From assembly GCA_038883855.1 (NCBI GenBank), contig JAVZLH010000020.1, positions 1 to 13,148 of the forward strand: a DNA stretch of 13,148 nucleotides. The letters are read 5' to 3'. Position numbers and translations under genes: made by a program. The stretch comes from Candidatus Bathyarchaeia archaeon (GTDB lineage: Archaea > Thermoproteota > Bathyarchaeia > Bathyarchaeales > Bathycorpusculaceae). Below, piece by piece: positions 6,787 to 13,148 of this stretch. Under the pieces are notes generated by a model. That model was not told the DNA's origin, ran no database searches, and was given only the letters and a program-made list of their open reading frames with translations. How positions within the stretch are numbered: position 1 is the first letter of the stretch; every line of letters begins with the position of its first letter.

Positions 6787-8037
6787 CTATTTAAAATTTG
6801 TCATGTAGCGTTTAACGGTGACGCTATGTAGTTCTTGTAACGTTTTCTTCACATCTACAGATGGCGCATTTGTCTTTATTCCCTTTGGATTGAAGTGGGT
6901 AAGCGTTGACTGGAACCCCTTCTCCCTTAAAGCTCTTATAACCTCTTTAACTGACGGAACCGGAAAACCCAGTTTATCACATATTTTGTCTATTACATAA
7001 TAATTTGGCGGTGCATCAACCTCATTTCTTGCTAATGACAAGATTTTGCGGATTTTTTTCTTTTTTTCGAAATCTCTATTCCTAACATCTTCTTCCATTA
7101 GTTCACAAAAATCGAAGTGAAAGATTTTTCCAAGCCATAGTGGGCCGGCAAAGTCCATTTCTGAACCGCATTCTGGGCATACGCTGCTTGTGTTGTTTGT
7201 AAAGGGTTTGCTTACAGTTTCTCTATGAAAACAATTGAAGCAATGTAGTATGTAGCCCAGTTTCCCAACGCTTTCATCAGCTTTTGTTGCACCGTAATTT
7301 ACTTTTGCGTAGATACGAACATAATGATTTGTGCTATGGCTAAAAAGTATGTTTACGCCCATGTCATGTTTTGCCGCCGTGGTTGCTAGACATCCAGCCA
7401 CGAGTCTAACGGCTATTTCGTGGCAATATTCCGTATGCAAAGGTTTTCCGCCGTACTTGCGTATGCATGCTTTTGGGTGGACGCCGCAGAGGGGCGCCAT
7501 GTCCGTTGCTGTTACAGCTAGAAGACCATCGTCACGTAGGGCTCGAACGGCAGAATCAAGGAATGGTGCAGGTGAACCGAAGGGGTCTATATCTATGGCA
7601 TCGAATCTTTTGCGCGGAGCGGCATAACGGCTCAAAAAGAGATTTGCATCTTCATTTTTTACAGAAACACATTTGGTTAAGGCGTTTAGCTGCACATTGT
7701 ATTTTGCCAGTTCAGAAGCTTTCGGATTAATGTCGTTGATTAAGACCTTTTTGACACCATCAACTTCCGCTGCAAAGCGCACCCCTCTAACACCGCAGCC
7801 GGTCAAAGGCTCACATACGCAGATTTCGCGGTTCACCATTCTTTGATAGGCTTGCAGAGCTAAAACTGCTATGTCGCGGTTTAACTCCATAACTGGATTG
7901 TAGAAAACTGGAGCCTTAGAAGGCGCATATTCACTCGGTTCTTTTACGAAAGCTGAAAGTCTTGGAACCAGAACTTTAACTCTGCCTTCCTTAACAATTT
8001 CTGTTGGAAAATCACTCTTTGGTTTTTCGCTTTTCAT
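6787..8037 (-). CDS. trm1: tRNA (guanine-26-N2)-dimethyltransferase Trm1
   Basis: PVFYNPVMELNRD, GCGVRGVR, NDINP, IDIDPFGSP, VTATD and Zn motif CFNC...CPECG...GPLWLG. ATG 8037 overlaps the MarC TGA (ATGA). Confidence 0.95.
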   Translation of the reverse strand: MKSEKPKSDFPTEIVKEGRVKVLVPRLSAFVKEPSEYAPSKAPVFYNPVMELNRDIAVLALQAYQRMVNREICVCEPLTGCGVRGVRFAAEVDGVKKVLINDINPKASELAKYNVQLNALTKCVSVKNEDANLFLSRYAAPRKRFDAIDIDPFGSPAPFLDSAVRALRDDGLLAVTATDMAPLCGVHPKACIRKYGGKPLHTEYCHEIAVRLVAGCLATTAAKHDMGVNILFSHSTNHYVRIYAKVNYGATKADESVGKLGYILHCFNCFHRETVSKPFTNNTSSVCPECGSEMDFAGPLWLGKIFHFDFCELMEEDVRNRDFEKKKKIRKILSLARNEVDAPPNYYVIDKICDKLGFPVPSVKEVIRALREKGFQSTLTHFNPKGIKTNAPSVDVKKTLQELHSVTVKRYMTNFK

Positions 8038-8801
8038 GCAGACGCTATACCCCATTCCAGCATGGCTGAATGTATCATTTGCGAGGCTATCGCTGCTAAT
8101 ATTACGGCCATCACTCGACTTGCCGCTTGAACGCCGTTATTGCCGATTGCGGACACAAGCAGAGGGGCAAAGTGGAGCGTAAGGTACACACCTATGGCAG
8201 CCATTAAACCACCAATTAAAACGTTTACTATAGTGTAACTACTTGATAAAACAATAAGAGTAGTCATGGTTCCGGGTCCAACAAGAAGTGGAGTAGCCAA
8301 TGGCACAACTGCTACCTGTTTTATATCTATCGTCTTGGACCTTGACATTCCGCCAAGCATGTCTATCGCCAGTATTAGCAGCAAGATTCCTCCACCGAAC
8401 TTGAAGTTTGTAACGGAGACATCCAAAGCTGTCAATATTAATGATCCAAAAAGGGTAAAGGTCAGTAATAGGACCATAACTATTGTCGTTGTTGTGCTTG
8501 TTATTTTGCGCCTTTCAACATCCTTAAGTTTACCAGTATATGTGAGAAACGTTGGAATCGTGCTTATCGGGTTCATTATCGTGAAGAGTTGAATTGTTGT
8601 GTCGAAAATGGCTGCAGGGTCTATTTGAATCCACTCTTTTAAACCGCCCACCGTAAACCTAAAAGACGTTAAGAAAACAAGCAGAATTATGGCCAGTAAC
8701 AAAGCTAAGCGAAAAACTTTGCCATGCCTACGAGTTATCCATTCACTAAGTTGCCTTTCAAACGAGGAAACTATATCTTCGCGTTCCTTCTCGCCGCTCA
8801 T
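8034..8801 (-). CDS. MarC family integral membrane protein with N-terminal extension
   Basis: LFTIMNPISTIPTF, GGGILLLILAIDML, AVVPLATPLLVGPGTMTT and RVMAVILAAIA are MarC motifs. Start set at ATG 8801 (MSGEKERE). Confidence 0.88.
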   Translation of the reverse strand: MSGEKEREDIVSSFERQLSEWITRRHGKVFRLALLLAIILLVFLTSFRFTVGGLKEWIQIDPAAIFDTTIQLFTIMNPISTIPTFLTYTGKLKDVERRKITSTTTTIVMVLLLTFTLFGSLILTALDVSVTNFKFGGGILLLILAIDMLGGMSRSKTIDIKQVAVVPLATPLLVGPGTMTTLIVLSSSYTIVNVLIGGLMAAIGVYLTLHFAPLLVSAIGNNGVQAASRVMAVILAAIASQMIHSAMLEWGIASA

Positions 8802-8994
8802 ATTAAAACCTTCAGTCCATAGCAACACTTTAACTAGGATAAACAGTTTTAAGCTGAATATTAGATTTCTGTTTTAATAGCCTAAAACCATTTTAACATA
8901 TTAGGACAAATGTATAAGCGGGGATTCATGAAAGCGTTTATTTCAGCTGAGTTAAACCTTAAGGGTTTTTGCACAGGTGTGGAAGGTGGCAATT

Positions 8995-9543
8995 TTGAGA
9001 AAACGCATTTTCCTTTTGACCGGAAATCCTGGAATCGGTAAAACAACAGTGTTATTAAAAGTTGTTGAAGATTTAAAAACAAAAGGCTATAGTGTTGGCG
9101 GGATGATTAGCCGTGAGGTCCGCTCTCGCGGCGCTAGGGTAGGTTTTGAAATCTTAGACTTAAGTGATGGAAAACGGGGCTGGCTTGCGCATATCAACCA
9201 GAAAACTGGTCCACAAATTGGCAAGTATCGCGTTAACCTAGAAGACCTAAACAGTGTTGGCGCTGAAGCCATTTTAAAAGCGATTAAAGAATGTGCGGTT
9301 GTAGCCATAGACGAGGTTGGGCCCATGGAGCTTTTCTCAGAGAAATTTAGGGAAGCCGTTGAAAGGGCTGTTGAAAGTGGAAAGCTTGTTGTTGGCGTTG
9401 TTCATTGGAAAGCGCGAGATAAACTTGTAGAGAATTTAAAAGAACGGGAAGACGTGGAAGTGATAGCAGTCACATATGAGAATAGGGATAGACTGCATCA
9501 AACCCTCATAGAAAAAGCAGCAAAAGTTCTCGCATCAAAATAG
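8995..9543 (+). CDS. Nucleoside-triphosphatase, THEP1 / NTPase_1 family
   Basis: Walker A LTGNPGIGKTT, GGMISREVR..G.RVGF, IGKYRV and Walker B IDEVGPMEL. TTG 8995 follows GGAAGGTG; GTG 8977 is an alternative start. Confidence 0.92.
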   Translation: MRKRIFLLTGNPGIGKTTVLLKVVEDLKTKGYSVGGMISREVRSRGARVGFEILDLSDGKRGWLAHINQKTGPQIGKYRVNLEDLNSVGAEAILKAIKECAVVAIDEVGPMELFSEKFREAVERAVESGKLVVGVVHWKARDKLVENLKEREDVEVIAVTYENRDRLHQTLIEKAAKVLASK

Positions 9544-9594
9544 AGAACGAAACTCATAATACCAGAATTAAACATCACCATGAACGGGTTTATC

Positions 9595-10257
9595 ATGCTA
9601 ATAGCTGGAGTTGACGACGCAGGAAGAGGTTCGGTAATTGGACCTTTAGTCATTGCTGGCGTTTTAATGAGCGAAGATGATCTGCCAAAACTTGTGGAGT
9701 TAGGCGTTAAGGATTCAAAGCTCTTGTCTCCGCAAAGACGGGAAAAACTCACTGCGGAAATCAAGCGCATCGCCAAAAAATACGCTGTGATTAAGCTTTC
9801 TCCAAAGGATATTGATGCAGTTGTTCAAAGGGGCATAAAACTTCATAGGTTGAATAGGTTGGAGGCTCAGACCATGGCTAAGGTTATAGAAATGCTTAAG
9901 CCAGATGTCGCTTATGTGGACGCTTCAGATGTCTTGGAAGAACGCTTTAAACAGCATATCCTAGAATGTTTGCCGTTTAAGGTTGAAATAATTTCGGAGC
10001 ACAAGGCGGATAGGAAATATCCCATAGTTTCAGCTGCATCGATAATCGCAAAAGTGGAGCGTGACAGCGAAATAGCTGAACTAGCGGAAAAATACGGCGA
10101 CTTCGGATGCGGATACCCAACAGACCCAAAAACTATAAGCTTCCTCAAGGAATGTCTACAGAAAACTGGCGAATACCCAGATTTTGTTAGGAAGTCTTGG
10201 AAGCCCGCGAAAAGAGTGAAAAGCGAAAAAGATTCGCTTCAGAAAAAACTTATCTAA
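9595..10257 (+). CDS. rnhB: Ribonuclease HII
   Basis: IAGVDDAGRGSVIGPLV, GVKDSK, YVDASD, EHKAD..YPIVSAASIIAKVERD, GCGYPTDP and RKSW. Start at ATG 9595. Confidence 0.95.
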   Translation: MLIAGVDDAGRGSVIGPLVIAGVLMSEDDLPKLVELGVKDSKLLSPQRREKLTAEIKRIAKKYAVIKLSPKDIDAVVQRGIKLHRLNRLEAQTMAKVIEMLKPDVAYVDASDVLEERFKQHILECLPFKVEIISEHKADRKYPIVSAASIIAKVERDSEIAELAEKYGDFGCGYPTDPKTISFLKECLQKTGEYPDFVRKSWKPAKRVKSEKDSLQKKLI

Positions 10258-11198
10258 ACATTAGCTAGAAGGTCTTCAGGTGTTCTAACTCTCAGAAGTT
10301 CCTCTCCGCCTATGCAATATATATCTTTGTCAATAACCTTTTTACCATCAGTTACCAGCACAGGGTGCGCCTTGGCAACACGGCTTACGCTCAAAATTTC
10401 ATCAACCCGCCTCTCTAACCCCTGCTCTCTTTCATCTGTAACCCCGCCAACAATACGTGTTTTTTCATTCGGAACTGTTATGACGAAGTCGAAGGGAGCA
10501 CGCCTAACCGCTGTAATTTCATAGCCAACAAACTTTCTGAAAATCTTCTGAAGAAGCTTATTTCCAGAGATAACACGTCTAGCCTTTGACAGAAAACGCT
10601 TTTTTCTTCTCTTCGTCTTCTCGAAGATGTCCACAGACTTAGCAACAGGAATTCCCAAAGCCCAAACAAGCTTATATGCAGTTGTAACAGAAGCCTTAGC
10701 CATACCTCTCTCGTAACCGTAAACAGTTCTCCTAGATATGCCGACTATCTCAGCTATGTCGCCAACGGACAAGCCAAGTTCTTGCCGCCTACGCTTTATA
10801 GCTTCTCCGTCAATTTCAACATAATACCCTCCGGGACCGGCTTGAATCAACGGGTAAACTTGGCGGAGCACAATATCTTCAAAGGTTTTTAAGGTTACGG
10901 CAAAAATATCGTATCGAGAATACGCCGTGTCATCTTCCAGCGGTTTTTCTCGGGATTTTTCGCTTATTACAATGGATGCTGCTGAAAAACATTTGGAAAC
11001 ATTCATAAGCTCATGCGAATCTGTTGGGGAAAAATTGTCAATGTCTGGTTGAATCTTTATAAAGAGGAGATTATCGTTCTTTCGGGCTACAAAGTCGAAA
11101 CAGCTTGGGCGGGAGCAACATATCCTTGAAAGTGTAAAGTTAGCTTCCCTAAGCACAACCTCTGCAGTTCTAACTTTCTCCATCTCCATGTAGGTCAT
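10254..11198 (-). CDS. Archaeal Cro/C1-type HTH transcriptional regulator (COG1395-like)
   Basis: SCFDFVAR...LLFIKI N-terminal domain, AGPGGYYVEIDG, HTH RRQELGLSVGDIAEIVGISRRTVYGYERG and C-terminal RAPFD. Overlaps the convergent rnhB stop by 4 nt. Confidence 0.88.
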   Translation of the reverse strand: MTYMEMEKVRTAEVVLREANFTLSRICCSRPSCFDFVARKNDNLLFIKIQPDIDNFSPTDSHELMNVSKCFSAASIVISEKSREKPLEDDTAYSRYDIFAVTLKTFEDIVLRQVYPLIQAGPGGYYVEIDGEAIKRRRQELGLSVGDIAEIVGISRRTVYGYERGMAKASVTTAYKLVWALGIPVAKSVDIFEKTKRRKKRFLSKARRVISGNKLLQKIFRKFVGYEITAVRRAPFDFVITVPNEKTRIVGGVTDEREQGLERRVDEILSVSRVAKAHPVLVTDGKKVIDKDIYCIGGEELLRVRTPEDLLANV

Positions 11199-11202
11199 TT
11201 AG

Positions 11203-11239
11203 ACCTCACAAAAACATCAACAACATCCTTGGATATAAA
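11203..11239 (-). promoter_or_regulatory. Internal promoter and SD for the HTH regulator
   Basis: TTTATAT (11239-11233), GATGTT twice with 9-nt period (11227-11222, 11218-11213) and TGAGGT SD (11208-11203). Confidence 0.5.
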
Positions 11240-11246
11240 CAGTGCT

Positions 11247-11945
11247 TCATTCCGCAGCAGCCACTATCATAGCGTGAGCCTTATCATAAGGCTCTAGATG
11301 AATGACGTCTGCTATGCGGAAACCGCGACTTTCCAAAACCTTAACCTCACGCCTAAAAACCTCTGAAGGCTCCTTCGTTACATCTATACTCTGAGCTTTA
11401 ACGGCGAGCATAACCCAACCAGAATTTTTAAGGAATAAATCGGCGTTATCCGCTAAAACCTTAGCTTGTTCAGGCTGGGCTATGTCGCAGTAAATGTCGT
11501 CAACTTTCCCTCGAATGAAAAGGGCGTATTTTTCTGGGAGGCGAGCATCCTCGAGCAGAGGAGACATATTACGCCTATAAGCGCAAACGTTGCTTACAAG
11601 TTCCCGCATGGCTCTTGAAGCGAACTCCACACAGTAAACATGCCCATTCTCGCCAACTATGTCTGAAACGTGGCTTGCTGTTGTTCCAGAAGCTGCCCCA
11701 AGGTAGAGCACTTGATGACCTGGCTTTATTGGAACAGTCTTCAACCCTTTCAGTATAGCTGCTGCCAGCTTGCTTCTAAAAGCGTCCCAGAGGCGATATT
11801 CAACGCCCTCGTAATGCACCAGCCTTTCGCCGTAGACGTTCCTTCCCGGTGTCAAATTTTTGGTTGCAAGTCTTTGGGAGCCGTCTTCTAGGGTAGCCAC
11901 GTAAATGCCTTGAAACTGGGGGTGCTGTTTAATCTTTACTTGCAT
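11247..11945 (-). CDS. flpA: Fibrillarin-like rRNA/tRNA 2'-O-methyltransferase
   Basis: VYGERL, EYRLWDAFRSKLAAAI, VLYLGAASGTTASHVSD, DIAQPEQ and LEPYDKAH. Overlaps the nop5 3' end by 17 nt. Confidence 0.97.
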   Translation of the reverse strand: MQVKIKQHPQFQGIYVATLEDGSQRLATKNLTPGRNVYGERLVHYEGVEYRLWDAFRSKLAAAILKGLKTVPIKPGHQVLYLGAASGTTASHVSDIVGENGHVYCVEFASRAMRELVSNVCAYRRNMSPLLEDARLPEKYALFIRGKVDDIYCDIAQPEQAKVLADNADLFLKNSGWVMLAVKAQSIDVTKEPSEVFRREVKVLESRGFRIADVIHLEPYDKAHAMIVAAAE

Positions 11946-13148
11946 GTCTCCATTTTCTCCGTTTTTCCTTGCGTTTTGGCTTTTTCTCTTGAACTTTAGG
12001 CGGTTCGGAATATTTTTGGTGAATTTCTTCGATTCGCTTTTCTAAATCAGCCTTTAACTCTTCGCCGATGTATCTTCCTCCGAAGGCGTCTGTTCTCGCG
12101 GCTATGGCTAGTTTGCCAGCTAAAGCCCTAGCGATTTTCCCCCTCTGCCACTTCTTTGCTTCATGCAATAGAGTGTGCTGAAAGATTATCCCATGCTTCG
12201 GCGGTTTTGTTCCAGTTTTCAATGAGCGGAATAATGCTTTTTCCGCGCCTAAAACTTGGATTGTGCTTGCTGGACGTCTAGCCAAGTTTGTTAGTCCACC
12301 TGCGATGGCTATTAGACGTGCACCTAGAAGCGAGCCCACCAAAGCCTTTGTGTTTGGTGCAACCTCCTCCATAACTTTGTCCACATAGTCCTCTAGGGAT
12401 TGCCTCAGCTGATATAGGCTAAGAACGTTTTTGCACAGCGCTTGAATTTGCGCCATGTCTGTTTCCGGCAAATCCGCGCCCATTGACGCCTCAGCCTTCT
12501 TAACTATTTGTTCGGCTTTGGCTTTTGGAATTCCCTGCTTTTCTAGGTTTTCAACATTGAAGTTTTCTCTGCTGCCCAACTCTACAACCAGACGAGCGTA
12601 GGTTTCATGTTTCTCCAGTAGGCGGTCGAGTTCTGGGAAATGGATGCCGTACCATTCTCTTACGCGGCTCATGAAGAGGTTTATTGTCTTGTCCAGGTCG
12701 TCAAGCGTCTGGATGGCTTGAGCTATAACTAAATCCCTCCGTTCAACAGCTCCCTTAACCCTCAACTTTGCAATTTCCATCGTAAGGTTATGCAACCAAC
12801 CGTCAAAATCTTCTAGGCGCTTTACAAATCCAGTTTCAACAGCAAATTTTCCAACGTTTGAACGAACAAGCTCACCAGCCTTTGTCCCTCTAGAAACTTC
12901 AACAGAAACTCCGAGGCGCTCTTTTGCTTCAGCGGCGAGGCTGGAATCCTCGAATGTAAAGATTTCGTAACCTTTAGCTTTGAGCGTATTAATCAAATTT
13001 GCAACTTCATCCACAACTTTTCCAGATTCAACCTTCACTATTGCTTTAGCGGCTTCCTCGGGCTTACTGGAAAAAAGAACTTTATCCACAACCTCGTTTT
13101 CTTCGTTAAAAGCAAGAACCCCAAAGGGCGTTAGAATTATTGTTGCCT
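11929..13148 (-). CDS. nop5: C/D box sRNP protein Nop5 (Nop56/58), 5' end just outside the window
   Basis: RVREWYGIHFPEL, SMGADL, APN, PASTIQVLGAEKALFR, PPKHGIIFQH, RGKIARALAGKLAIAARTD and a K/R-rich tail. The frame is open from 13089 to the edge (ATIILTPFGVLAFNEENEV), a typical Nop5 N-terminus. Confidence 0.96.
   Translation of the reverse strand, partial: ATIILTPFGVLAFNEENEVVDKVLFSSKPEEAAKAIVKVESGKVVDEVANLINTLKAKGYEIFTFEDSSLAAEAKERLGVSVEVSRGTKAGELVRSNVGKFAVETGFVKRLEDFDGWLHNLTMEIAKLRVKGAVERRDLVIAQAIQTLDDLDKTINLFMSRVREWYGIHFPELDRLLEKHETYARLVVELGSRENFNVENLEKQGIPKAKAEQIVKKAEASMGADLPETDMAQIQALCKNVLSLYQLRQSLEDYVDKVMEEVAPNTKALVGSLLGARLIAIAGGLTNLARRPASTIQVLGAEKALFRSLKTGTKPPKHGIIFQHTLLHEAKKWQRGKIARALAGKLAIAARTDAFGGRYIGEELKADLEKRIEEIHQKYSEPPKVQEKKPKRKEKRRKWRHASKD

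Noticed and set aside
6818-8592. Plus-strand ORFs within trm1 and the MarC gene
   Set aside because: Antisense shadows without motifs.
8943-8968. Short palindromes TCAGCTGA (8943-8950) and CCTTAAGG (8957-8964) upstream of the NTPase gene
   Set aside because: 8-bp palindromes are expected by chance in 13 kb; they do not match each other and no cognate regulator is evident.
8689-10669. Small alternative ORFs (8689-8877, 8882-9082, 9087-9326, 9498-9776, 9912-10148, 10312-10524, 10478-10669)
   Set aside because: They overlap conserved genes in other frames or strands and show no family signal.
11199-11246. Possible C/D box guide sRNA next to fibrillarin/nop5
   Set aside because: No RTGATGA...CTGA box pair in this gap or in the other intergenic regions I read; the gap is explained by TATA and SD elements.
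11929-12000. Lys/Arg-rich low-complexity tail of Nop5
   Set aside because: A known feature of Nop5/Nop56/Nop58 proteins.

Overview
Gene-dense archaeal chromosomal window, mostly housekeeping and RNA-metabolism genes. Fibrillarin/Nop5, Trm1, an archaeal MtaB, a short MetRS, a DDAGRG-type RNase HII and cdrS-ftsZ2 together suggest a TACK lineage such as Bathyarchaeia (inference). Order: partial arsM (-), Cys-rich AbrB-fold gene (-), small EF-Tu-domain-II-like barrel protein (-), mtaB (-), a 51-aa RHH gene (cdrS-like, absent from the ORF track) overlapping ftsZ (+), PHP hydrolase (-), metG (-), membrane-anchored surface protein (-), trm1 (-), MarC family (-), NTPase (+), rnhB (+), archaeal HTH regulator (-), fibrillarin (-), partial nop5 (-). 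I found no tRNA, rRNA, CRISPR array or mobile element. Three observations stand out. (1) metG has no ATG/GTG/TTG upstream of its essential HIGH motif; a CTC codon sits 8 nt after a perfect GGAGGTG. (2) An AbrB-fold protein with three Cys-Cys pairs lies directly upstream of arsM, a candidate non-ArsR metalloid sensor. (3) 11-bp tandem repeats lie in the cdrS-ftsZ promoter, and this FtsZ has several substitutions in normally conserved nucleotide-binding loops.
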